Source: Methanobacteriota archaeon
GTDB lineage: Archaea; Thermoplasmatota; Poseidoniia; Poseidoniales; Poseidoniaceae
DNA length: 64,000 nucleotides
Reading direction: 5' to 3'
Assembly: GCA_002729095.1 (NCBI GenBank)
Contig: PBWC01000045.1
Coordinates: forward strand, 108,778-172,777
Below are positions 1-8,796 of this stretch, in pieces. Within the stretch, counting starts at the first letter, position 1. Each line of letters opens with the position of its first letter. The position numbers and the translations under genes are program-made. The notes below the pieces were generated by a model. It ran no database searches, was not told where the DNA came from, and saw only the letters and a program-made list of their open reading frames with translations.

Positions 1-83
1 GAACTCATTTCATCCCACCACCACTTCACGGATTTACACTGCTTGTTTCAAGGAAAGGATTTCCATCATCAACAATTGAATCA

Positions 84-548
84 ATGAATGATGATGCAGC
101 ATTTATTTGCCACAAAATTGAATCAAATTTACTCGATTCATTAGATCAAAGAATCAACAATATTACCGGCATACATGTTGAACAAAGAAAAATTGGTACT
201 ATTCTGAAAGAAGCGAAGAGAAGTAACGATGATTCTACAATTGAATCCGTTATAGGCAAGGATGGAAAACCCACTAATTCGAATATAAGACTACAATTGA
301 TAATTGAAACTTTGAGTTTTGATGGTAAGGTAACCGCCATCTGTGAAAGGATTATTTCACTAGAAAAAAGTCATATGGGCATGGTAAATTTACTAAAGGA
401 TTTCAATACTTTGATTTCACTTATGCAAGAAGAACGCCCAGAACCAACAAGAAGAATCCATGGGATGCCAGAAAATTATTATGAATCTAAAGAGCCTTTA
501 TTAGATTTAAATGATTATTCAGATTCGACTTCTTTGGATAAATCTTGA
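84..548 (+). CDS. hypothetical protein
   Basis: 154-aa ATG ORF with plausible composition and no recognisable motif; its 3' end overlaps the convergent ORF by 34 bp. Confidence 0.6.
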   Translation: MNDDAAFICHKIESNLLDSLDQRINNITGIHVEQRKIGTILKEAKRSNDDSTIESVIGKDGKPTNSNIRLQLIIETLSFDGKVTAICERIISLEKSHMGMVNLLKDFNTLISLMQEERPEPTRRIHGMPENYYESKEPLLDLNDYSDSTSLDKS

Positions 549-1201
549 TTAGAAATTAATTTGTCATAACCCTGTTTAGAGATATAATTTTCTAAATCAA
601 CCAATTCTGAAGGATCCTGGTCATCACATAAATCACTAATTCCTTGGTCTATGTCCCGTCCAATTCTTTCCCAAGTGGCAGCAAATCTCTGAATATCAAA
701 AGCAAACCTCTCAACTCCTTCAACAGCAGACATATTCGGATTTAGAACCGTCTTAATTGACTCTGAAATATTTTCATTTGCAATTCTTAATCTTGAGATA
801 TCCTTGGCAACATCGAGTAGAGTTAATCTTAGATCTTCGATATTATTGTTTCTTGAAAACTTTCTTTGCGCCTTCTCGATACTTTTTCGCATACCAACAA
901 TTCCTGCAACCATAGCTTCTCTAGCTCTGGCTGATTCAATAATCACATTTTCTGCATTTGAAAGTCTAGTTCGTAATGATTCCTCGAATGAAGATAAATT
1001 TGATTTAATATCATTTTTGACTGTTTCATTTAGAGAATCCATCAATCCATAGATTTCCTTTATGGAAGACTTTGCTGATTTAACACTCCTACTCATTGAC
1101 AGCCCTAATTCTGCTAAATAGTTATCATGCTTCAAATAATTGGTTGAATAAACCATTTTTTTGAATTTTGGAATCAGCAACAAGGTATCGAAACCGCACA
1201 A
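515..1201 (-). CDS. hypothetical helical/coiled-coil protein (true start probably downstream, e.g. 1156 or 1096)
   Basis: Long ORF with amphipathic heptad-like helices; no family recognised. Confidence 0.65.
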   Translation of the reverse strand: MCGFDTLLLIPKFKKMVYSTNYLKHDNYLAELGLSMSRSVKSAKSSIKEIYGLMDSLNETVKNDIKSNLSSFEESLRTRLSNAENVIIESARAREAMVAGIVGMRKSIEKAQRKFSRNNNIEDLRLTLLDVAKDISRLRIANENISESIKTVLNPNMSAVEGVERFAFDIQRFAATWERIGRDIDQGISDLCDDQDPSELVDLENYISKQGYDKLISNQDLSKEVESE

Positions 1202-1267
1202 TTTTATTCATTTAGACACCGAAGACAGATATACCCCTTTGAACTCATAACGGGACAAGGTGATTAA

Positions 1268-3034
1268 TTGACAAGTAAAGGTGAACTGTTAAGCGAACTT
1301 TACCAAGCTCGTTTCGATCGCCTAAAAGAGATTGCTACAAGTTATCAAATGCCTAAAAATGGCTCTGTAGAGTCATTAAGAGCGAGGTTAATTGCCAACC
1401 TAATTCTAGATGAATGGGACTTAGGGAAAGGTGACATAAAATCGCTAAAAAACAAAGACATTGGTCAAATTCTTGGTATTTTCGGAATTAAAAAATCAGG
1501 ATCGATTAGAGAGAGAAGACAAAGACTGTATTTGCATCTCCATGAAGATCCAAAACAACTAACCCCTGAAAAACTAGATTCAATGACCAAGAGTCATTTA
1601 CACGAATTATGCAAAATTTTACAATTACCTTTGACTGGAGACAAGCAATCTCTTTTGGTTCGTGTTGCCGGCGTATTAGCATCACAACAGGGCTCTTGGG
1701 GCAAGGTCAAGAAAACACTAAGAAGGCCAAAAGATAAACTTAATGTCCCAAAAATTCCTAAACCATCTGAACAAGATGATGATCAGATAAACGAAGATAC
1801 AGATGAGCAACTCGTTGTGAAGACTGTCGATGATTTCGTCGCAAATCATCCAGAAGGATGGACTTTCGAACAAGAAACCGAATTGAGAAATGAATTATCC
1901 GAAGAAGGGTTCGATACAACGAAAAATATTGTTGCTCAAACTATTGATACTGTACTTAGGTCAAATCAAGAAACTGAAGAGGCTGAAACTCCTTCAATGA
2001 TTCAGACCCCTATTGGATTTGATTCTCAAGTAAATAGTCTTGAAGTAGAAGCATCATTGATAGAATTGAATTCTAGGATTGCTGAAATAGAGGCTGCTGG
2101 AAGAGATTTCTTAATGGTGAGTAAATCTAGCGATGAAGAAGATTTGGAAGCATTTATTTCTAAATTTTCGGATTATGGTTTTATGGTTGAAGAACCGGTG
2201 GTTAGAAATGTTATCCGTAACAAAATAATGGAATTAGAATTCCAAACCCAAAATGAAAAAGATTCTATTAATTCTATGCCAAATTCATGGCGCGAAAGAG
2301 AAGCAATAAGAGAATTTGAAAATATTAGGAGCTCACTAAGAGATCAACTTGGTAATACTTTATCACTGCACCAAGGTGATTTAGTAAAAGCAAGAGTCGC
2401 GTTTGAAGAGATTGGTAGAAATATGGGGCTTGATATGAGAATCCCAAGTATATCTGGAAGAGTTCATGCCTTATTCGACCTTCATGTAGAAATTAATGAA
2501 GCAGAAGCTCTTCAAGACCCAAGCGTTGCAAGAAGAAATAGAATTCTGAGAATTCTTCACCATGGCTCAATACATCTTTCAACTGGAGAAAGAAGAACCA
2601 TAGAACGTCTTGAAAGGAACATTAAATCATTTGAAGAGGTGGTAGAAACCATCCTTGAATCAAGTGAGGGTAGATTTGATGAAGCTCAACAAGCACTAAT
2701 TATCAGATTTTTAGAATCTAGGGGTTACGATGTTAATACAGCGGATTTGAGACCAAGAATTCTTGCTTGTTCAGGTATCATCGGGGCTGAACTGGGACAC
2801 CTATCACCATCTGAAATTCCTAGAGTAGCACCTGGAATAATATTATCAGATAATCAGGTAGATGCAATTGTAACTGAATTGAAGTTACTTGCAGATGCTT
2901 TCAAACCTAAAAGTGATGAAGAAATTATCATTACTGATGATGATGAAGAAATCGCTGACGCTGCGGACAGGGTTAAATCAGCCAGAGAAAAAATCGATCA
3001 TATTGATGATGTTTTAGCAAGATTACGCGGATGA
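1268..3034 (+). CDS. SAP (HeH) domain-containing protein with three N-terminal SAP-like motifs
   Basis: Motifs LKEIATSYQMPKNGSVESLRARL, IGQILGIFGIKKSGSIRERRQRL and MTKSHLHELCKILQLPLTGDKQSLLVRV match the SAP pattern; AAGGTGA SD precedes the TTG start. Confidence 0.75.
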   Translation: MTSKGELLSELYQARFDRLKEIATSYQMPKNGSVESLRARLIANLILDEWDLGKGDIKSLKNKDIGQILGIFGIKKSGSIRERRQRLYLHLHEDPKQLTPEKLDSMTKSHLHELCKILQLPLTGDKQSLLVRVAGVLASQQGSWGKVKKTLRRPKDKLNVPKIPKPSEQDDDQINEDTDEQLVVKTVDDFVANHPEGWTFEQETELRNELSEEGFDTTKNIVAQTIDTVLRSNQETEEAETPSMIQTPIGFDSQVNSLEVEASLIELNSRIAEIEAAGRDFLMVSKSSDEEDLEAFISKFSDYGFMVEEPVVRNVIRNKIMELEFQTQNEKDSINSMPNSWREREAIREFENIRSSLRDQLGNTLSLHQGDLVKARVAFEEIGRNMGLDMRIPSISGRVHALFDLHVEINEAEALQDPSVARRNRILRILHHGSIHLSTGERRTIERLERNIKSFEEVVETILESSEGRFDEAQQALIIRFLESRGYDVNTADLRPRILACSGIIGAELGHLSPSEIPRVAPGIILSDNQVDAIVTELKLLADAFKPKSDEEIIITDDDEEIADAADRVKSAREKIDHIDDVLARLRG

Positions 3035-4273
3035 TTATCTGCTGGCATAGAAATTCTGAATTACTTGGGTTACCGTTTGAATATCCCTAATATCTCTCCT
3101 TAGAAGATCTTCAATAATTTTCTGCCTCTGTTCAACATGTTTCTCAAAAACATCTGGAGTTACTCCTGCTGCTTGACAAATAATTTCTCTTAATTTTGAT
3201 GGAATTCCTGTTTCCTCAATTCTATCTTTAGCAGCATTATATTTCCAAATAACATTGAGTCTAGGCTTTGTTCCTTCCATTCCTGCAATTTCAGCGACTT
3301 CTGTAATCTTTCTCACTGTACTTCCATTTACGTGTAGCCTTGCCTGAATTATAATTAAATCAAGACCAGTAAGCATAATTGGTGGAACATTCATTGGAGG
3401 ATTTATCATTCTTGTAACAGTCTCTTGGGCAGTATTTGCGTGTAGAGAACCAAAAGAACCATCATGACCCGTGTTCATAGCAGTTAGTAGTGTAGCAGCC
3501 TCCGGGCCTCTTACCTCACCAACAATTATTCTATCTGGTCGCATACGAAGGCTAGATTTTAGGCAGTCATTCATATCAACTTCAGGGGTTCCATCAGGTC
3601 TCTCTCTTCTGGTTTCCATTCTCAACCAGTGGTCATGGTATACTTGCAATTCAGCAGTATCTTCTACGGTTAATAGTCTCCTATGCCAAGGGATATACAT
3701 ACCTAAACAATTCAAAGTCGTAGTTTTACCTGAACCTGTACCTCCTGCAATAACAAAGTTTGCAGGCCTACTATCTAGTCCTTCAATCCAAACCCACATC
3801 ATAGCAGCTAGGCGTGGGTTCACAGTTCCAAATTTAACTAAATCCAACATTGTAAGAGGATCTTCTCTAAATTTTCGGATAGTCAGTGTTGGTCCGTCTG
3901 GAGTTATAGGTGGAATTGTACCATTTACACGTGAACCATCAGGTAACCTTCCATCAAAAATTGGTACCATTCCAGGACCGTCTCCAAGAGGTACATTTGT
4001 GAAAGATGCTATATTCTTAGCGATTTGAATTCCAGCATTATCATCAATCCAAACATTGGTTCGACACATTCCATGATCTCTGTGGGCAACTTTGACACAT
4101 TGAGTACCGCCATTGTACATCACTTCTTCTAAATTATCATCTTCCAACAATACTGCTATATCTCCATATGGATTTGGGTCTATAGAACCATCGACGTGAT
4201 ATATTGGTGAAGGGTGATTTGGTTCTAGATAAATTGTAACTCTACCATATTGTGCTAATACTTTTTCTGACAT
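3035..4273 (-). CDS. TadA/CpaF (VirB11-like) type IV pilus/secretion ATPase
   Basis: Walker A GGTGSGKTT, Asp box TVEDTAEL, LRMRPDRIIVGEVRG, His box TGHDGSFGSLHAN; start moved to ATG 4273 behind a GGAGGT SD. Confidence 0.92.
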   Translation of the reverse strand: MSEKVLAQYGRVTIYLEPNHPSPIYHVDGSIDPNPYGDIAVLLEDDNLEEVMYNGGTQCVKVAHRDHGMCRTNVWIDDNAGIQIAKNIASFTNVPLGDGPGMVPIFDGRLPDGSRVNGTIPPITPDGPTLTIRKFREDPLTMLDLVKFGTVNPRLAAMMWVWIEGLDSRPANFVIAGGTGSGKTTTLNCLGMYIPWHRRLLTVEDTAELQVYHDHWLRMETRRERPDGTPEVDMNDCLKSSLRMRPDRIIVGEVRGPEAATLLTAMNTGHDGSFGSLHANTAQETVTRMINPPMNVPPIMLTGLDLIIIQARLHVNGSTVRKITEVAEIAGMEGTKPRLNVIWKYNAAKDRIEETGIPSKLREIICQAAGVTPDVFEKHVEQRQKIIEDLLRRDIRDIQTVTQVIQNFYASR

Positions 4274-4278
4274 ATTAT

Positions 4279-5010
4279 TTAACCTCCAATCAATTTGACT
4301 GCTCCTAAATACAATCCCATGGATACTGACATCCAGAACGGTAGCCACCAAAGGAAATCTTTCATTCTTCCAAGCATTCTGCCTGAAACCGACGCCGCTA
4401 TTGCTGATGCTGCAGCAAAGAATAGTGAAAATGTTTGATTAAATCCGCCTATTTGATATCCTTTACTGGCTGGTGCGAATAAACCAACAATAAATGCAAT
4501 TAGAACTGGTAAACCAATACATACAAAGATAATGATTAAAATTCCACGGGCCTGTAATTCACTTTCACGTTTATTCATCAAGTCATTTAATCTTTCATAA
4601 TCCATCGACAGGTCTGAAAGTATTCCTTGCAAGGGAGCATCTTGCGAGACTGCGGTTTCAATCAAAACGGTTACTCTTTGTACTTGAGCGGAACGTGTCT
4701 TAGAAGCAAAAGCAGATAGAGCTGCATCAAAAGAAGATGAATGACTAGATTCTAGGGTTTCAGTAAGTAGCTTGCCCAAAACACCAGGAGTATTCCTTCC
4801 TTGCTCCAACATGGCTTCTTGAATACCTCGTCCAGCACCAACTGCATCTGATAACGATTCTAGTAATGCTGGTAATTGGTTCTCGATACTTCTTCTTCTC
4901 TTCCTTTCAATCATTGGAGGAATTCCACCAGCAGCAAATGCAATTCCTAATACAGATAGAATTAGTAAAAGCATTTGGTCATTAAAGGCTTCGAGAATAT
5001 CAAAAATCAT
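4279..5010 (-). CDS. type II secretion system F family (TadB/TadC-like) membrane platform protein
   Basis: IENQLPALLESLSDAVGAGRGIQEAM T2SSF signature, N-terminal and C-terminal TM helices, adjacent to TadA. Confidence 0.85.
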   Translation of the reverse strand: MIFDILEAFNDQMLLLILSVLGIAFAAGGIPPMIERKRRRSIENQLPALLESLSDAVGAGRGIQEAMLEQGRNTPGVLGKLLTETLESSHSSSFDAALSAFASKTRSAQVQRVTVLIETAVSQDAPLQGILSDLSMDYERLNDLMNKRESELQARGILIIIFVCIGLPVLIAFIVGLFAPASKGYQIGGFNQTFSLFFAAASAIAASVSGRMLGRMKDFLWWLPFWMSVSMGLYLGAVKLIGG

Positions 5011-5017
5011 AATATCA

Positions 5018-5599
5018 CTACACCCCTGGGTCCTTGGTATGTGCCTTCAAGCCGATAAAAATCATTCCAACAAGAGTCATCATTAATCCTACATTAACTA
5101 CAGAATTAATTGTTGAGGAAGGAGGTAGTTGCATAAATGCCCCCAAATCTCCACTCATCAATTGTGGAATTAATCCTACGATAGCAAGAATAATTGGACC
5201 AATCATTCCAATTGAAAGAAGTGTTTCAGGAACCCCACCCAAATCTTCTATGTACTTTTTAACATCCTCATTTCTGTCATCTTCCATTCTCTTTCCTTGT
5301 TTTCTAAGAGTCTCGATCAAATCTGTATTCTGTGTCAGATTGGTATACATAGTGTTCAAAAGTCTACGGTATCCGTCAGATTCGGCTTTGTTCATTAAAC
5401 TCTTAATTTCTCTTTCCAACCCTCCAGACTTACCTGAACGCAACCTTTCCATGACATTGGAGAAGTCCGAAGAAATAATTCCGTAACCACCCGTTCCTAT
5501 CGTGTGTATGGCTGCTTCGAGCCCGACACCAGATGACATCAGAACATCCATTGTACGAATTACATACAGAATTTCTTTTTTCTCATCTAGTGAACGCAA
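5018..5599 (-). CDS. type II secretion system F family (TadB/TadC-like) membrane protein, short form
   Basis: MDVLMSSGVGLEAAI...YGIISSDF...GKS T2SSF signature and two C-terminal TM helices. Confidence 0.82.
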   Translation of the reverse strand: MRSLDEKKEILYVIRTMDVLMSSGVGLEAAIHTIGTGGYGIISSDFSNVMERLRSGKSGGLEREIKSLMNKAESDGYRRLLNTMYTNLTQNTDLIETLRKQGKRMEDDRNEDVKKYIEDLGGVPETLLSIGMIGPIILAIVGLIPQLMSGDLGAFMQLPPSSTINSVVNVGLMMTLVGMIFIGLKAHTKDPGV

Positions 5600-5608
5600 T
5601 AAAATCCC

Positions 5609-5962
5609 TCAAACAATATCTTCAATTAATTCAAAAGTGAATGATTCATTCGAACCATCATATTCCATAGACGCAAATACAACCTTGACATCTCTCTCTT
5701 CGAATGGGTCATGAATACAAGGTTGACCGGAACGGAACATGGCTAAAATTTTCTTGTACTCGTCGATTTCCATTTCTCCGCTAATCGTGTAAATAGCAGA
5801 CTCAGAGCCTTCATCGTGCAAATTATCACCTTCTTCGCCACGAACAATTGTACGAGTCATTCTACGCGTTAGTCTTACTTTTATGTCTGCATTGGGTATT
5901 CTAACCCAATCAGCGCTGGTTGTTCCCGTTGCCGGGCGGATAAAGAAATCCATTCCTGCCAT
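5609..5962 (-). CDS. small hypothetical protein; resembles phage Mu DNA-circularisation N-terminal/tail-tube-like domain
   Basis: ATG at 5962 with GAGGTAA SD; pattern RR-x-T-x-IVRGEEGDNLHDEG...YTISG...IHDPF...VKV...FTFELIE; the family call is by eye only. Confidence 0.6.
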   Translation of the reverse strand: MAGMDFFIRPATGTTSADWVRIPNADIKVRLTRRMTRTIVRGEEGDNLHDEGSESAIYTISGEMEIDEYKKILAMFRSGQPCIHDPFEERDVKVVFASMEYDGSNESFTFELIEDIV

Positions 5963-6022
5963 GTGGTTACCTCTATGCCACCCACACAAGCGAAAGAACT
6001 TGAATGTGTTGGGGATAAATGG

Positions 6023-6946
6023 TCAAGAAACTAATCTAAACCAACCAAATGCAGGTTCGTGGATTGAGCCTTCATCAGATAATGATTCTATCTTTTCCTC
6101 GGTCACAGAACGTGCAAAACCTCTAGCGGCAGCATTAGTAATTAGAGTTTCAAAATCCACTCCGTCACCTTGGTCTAATTTTTTGATAATATCTAGCAGA
6201 ACATCTGATAATTCTTCTGATTCACCTGAATCATCTTCATTTTTATTATCTTCAACCAATAGTTGCTGGGCAGGAGTTGTAGCAGACTCGATTTTTCCTT
6301 CAGCAATATCTAATGCTTGTAGTATATTGAGATTGTAATGTTCAAGATCTACATCACCATAATGATTTCTTGAAGCTACTATACCTTCGACCATGTGACT
6401 TGGAATTTCTGCCTTTGTCAATGCTTCAATAGTTGGCTCATAATCTAAAGAATCTGTAAAAATTTTCATTCTTTCCAATGTTCCTTGACATGCTTGAGTA
6501 AGCCAAACTGCATAGGCGTTTGAGTCAATTTCACATGCTTCTTCAGGGCGAAGTGAGGTATAGATTGCTCCTTCTTCTGTTTGGAAAAGTCGGGTTTTTG
6601 CTACCATCATGAGGAGAACTGGTTCACCGCTTTCTACTCTAGGAGAAAGTTGCAGAGTTAATTCTCTCATCGATTCTGATGCATAATCTCCGACTGAGAA
6701 ATAATGAACTCCGGATGGGTCCCTAATCTGTCCTTGGTATAGAACTGAACCATTAGCAGTATCTCTTGGTTCAAGCCTTTCCAATAAACCAGCTACAATT
6801 ACTCGATTAATTTTTGAACCAAGTTTCGTAATTACAAATGTTGGATCAAACTCTCCTGAACCCCTTTCACTCAAAGTAGATTCGCCGAATTCTGAAGCCA
6901 ACATATGCCATGCAGACTGCCTTTTTATTGAACGTGAAGGTTGCAT
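6023..6946 (-). CDS. replication protein A subunit (RPA32-like OB fold plus C-terminal winged helix)
   Basis: NRVIVAGLL...IRDPSG OB fold; C-terminal wHTH LSDEGSIHEPAFGWFR; TAATG overlap with upstream RPA. Confidence 0.82.
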   Translation of the reverse strand: MQPSRSIKRQSAWHMLASEFGESTLSERGSGEFDPTFVITKLGSKINRVIVAGLLERLEPRDTANGSVLYQGQIRDPSGVHYFSVGDYASESMRELTLQLSPRVESGEPVLLMMVAKTRLFQTEEGAIYTSLRPEEACEIDSNAYAVWLTQACQGTLERMKIFTDSLDYEPTIEALTKAEIPSHMVEGIVASRNHYGDVDLEHYNLNILQALDIAEGKIESATTPAQQLLVEDNKNEDDSGESEELSDVLLDIIKKLDQGDGVDFETLITNAAARGFARSVTEEKIESLSDEGSIHEPAFGWFRLVS

Positions 6947-8643
6947 TAGACCACCCCCCATTTTGCCCTAATTTCGGTTGCAAGCATTGCAGGGTCTAAA
7001 TTTACTAATTCTGCCTTTTCTGCTAATATCATTGCTCCTTGTCCATCAACAATCACCCGACCGCTTGCTACAACCTGTCTACCAAGTAACTTATTTCTTA
7101 GAGATTGAACAAATTCCATTTGTCCATTAGAACCTATTTCAGAGACGATGTCATCCTCACTTACTCCTAGAAGTTCTAGTGTTGCATCTTTGTTAATTAG
7201 AAGTGAGGAGGTGGCTTTCCCATCATCTATAACTAGTCTAAGTCTAATATCTTGATTTCCTGAATAATTATCGCACTGAGTTTCAGAGCATACACCGTCT
7301 TTTAGCACTCTTCTACATTGTGTACAGCGCATAATTACTCCACAATCCTCTCTAACACTTGCAACAACTCCTTTTGTTGAAACTCCCACTCTACTAGGGC
7401 CAGTTACTAAATCTCTTAATTCAACATCTACCACGTGATTTGAAAGGTCTATAGAAGAGTCCCATGGAGGAGAATCTAAAATCTCAACCTGATCTGCTTT
7501 GTCTACAGTAATGTCAGGAATTCCTTGCCAAGAGCGAACTCTAACTCCCTTGAGTTTTACAGTAATTGGAAGATCTGAACTTTTCACTGGAAGTTCTTCC
7601 CATGCACTCATTCGGCATTTTCCTGAAGGGTCAGCTATTTGTCCAGACCAAAGGAATTTTTCTTGGCCGTCTCGAACAAAAGAACGCTTGTTCCATTCTG
7701 TCAATTGAACAATTGTTTCTACATCTCTAGAACCGTCCCTCAATTGAGAAATTGTTAGCACATTTTGCTGCATCAGAGATTCAGCATTTGCAAAATTAGA
7801 ATCGTGGAAAATCTCTACTTTTGTCGTCCTACCGAAATTTAGCTCTGGTGTATCTCTGAAAGTCCTAACTTGTGCTCCATCAATCTTGACTAAAGTACCT
7901 ACTTCATGCTCAAATGGCTCCCAAGATAAGAATCCAATTGTCCCAGTTTCATCAGCAATTCGTCCTCTAACTACGTCTATAGAACCTGAGCCGTCCTTCC
8001 TATGAATTTGATCAGGACGAGATGAAAGAATTCTTCCGACTACACAAATATAACCATCTTTAGGAATACTATTGATTTCAATTGGTTCTCCTGGTGCAAC
8101 GACTGGTCTTGTTCCTTCTCTTAGAATTGCAATTCTGGTACTCTGATTGATATTAAGTGACATTCTGCCTTGATATTCATTCACTGAAGCACCTTCGATT
8201 CTAACAACCGAACCTGGAGTAATGTTAGAATTAGGACCCCAGTCTTTATACTCCCACCTATTTCTTTTGGCTCCATCATCCCAAGGAGAGTCCTCAAGTA
8301 AACCAAATGCAATTTGCTTCTGTTCACCTCTAATTGTTTGTTCTCTCAAGTTATGTGAAATTATTTCAACCTCGATTTCAATATCCCTATCATTAGATGA
8401 TAATTCACTTAGGCTAGCCACTTTCTTAGTAACCTTAGTTGGGTTTTCTGAATTGGAGCTGTTGGAAGTTGATGGAGCCATTTCCCCCTTGAATCTACGT
8501 ATGATAGAACGTAAAGCATCTTGAGGAGGAATATAGAATTCGCTTTCGTATTTTTCAAATGCTTCTCTAACTTCATCCTTGTCAGCATTTGGACATTCGG
8601 ACAAAACCGCACTAATGTGCGATTCATACTTTTCATCAGACAT
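6946..8643 (-). CDS. rpa: replication protein A / ssDNA-binding protein (multiple OB folds plus Zn finger)
   Basis: GRIADETGTIGFLSW and GQIADPSGKCRMSAW OB motifs, CTQCRRV...C...C Zn finger, LRLVIDDG; GGGGTGA SD. Confidence 0.9.
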   Translation of the reverse strand: MSDEKYESHISAVLSECPNADKDEVREAFEKYESEFYIPPQDALRSIIRRFKGEMAPSTSNSSNSENPTKVTKKVASLSELSSNDRDIEIEVEIISHNLREQTIRGEQKQIAFGLLEDSPWDDGAKRNRWEYKDWGPNSNITPGSVVRIEGASVNEYQGRMSLNINQSTRIAILREGTRPVVAPGEPIEINSIPKDGYICVVGRILSSRPDQIHRKDGSGSIDVVRGRIADETGTIGFLSWEPFEHEVGTLVKIDGAQVRTFRDTPELNFGRTTKVEIFHDSNFANAESLMQQNVLTISQLRDGSRDVETIVQLTEWNKRSFVRDGQEKFLWSGQIADPSGKCRMSAWEELPVKSSDLPITVKLKGVRVRSWQGIPDITVDKADQVEILDSPPWDSSIDLSNHVVDVELRDLVTGPSRVGVSTKGVVASVREDCGVIMRCTQCRRVLKDGVCSETQCDNYSGNQDIRLRLVIDDGKATSSLLINKDATLELLGVSEDDIVSEIGSNGQMEFVQSLRNKLLGRQVVASGRVIVDGQGAMILAEKAELVNLDPAMLATEIRAKWGVV

Positions 8644-8796
8644 GTTTTTTCACCCCGACAGACATTTTTCTCATCGATTGCCTGTGCGGAGTACAGGCTT
8701 CGGGTATTCGTGCGGATTGGTTAAGACTAGACACTCCCTTTACCTCCATGGTGACACTTACCACAGACGACAGGAAATAAAGAATGCCCTTAGAAA

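Noticed and set aside
1-30. Possible minus-strand gene start at the left edge (ATG at 8-6 after a G-rich SD-like stretch)
   Set aside because: Too little sequence in the window to support it
3471-4028. Long antisense ORFs (also 5034-5486, 13805-14335, 17471-17872 and others)
   Set aside because: Shadow ORFs opposite well-supported genes, with Ser/Ile-rich antisense composition
5609-5962. Prophage
   Set aside because: No integrase, capsid, terminase or other viral genes nearby; only one tentatively phage-like domain
8644-8796. Possible ncRNA or uORF upstream of rpa (hairpin GCCTGT...ACAGGC at 8680-8698; 37-codon minus-strand ORF)
   Set aside because: Only a 6-bp stem, no tRNA or riboswitch features, and no supporting signal for the uORF
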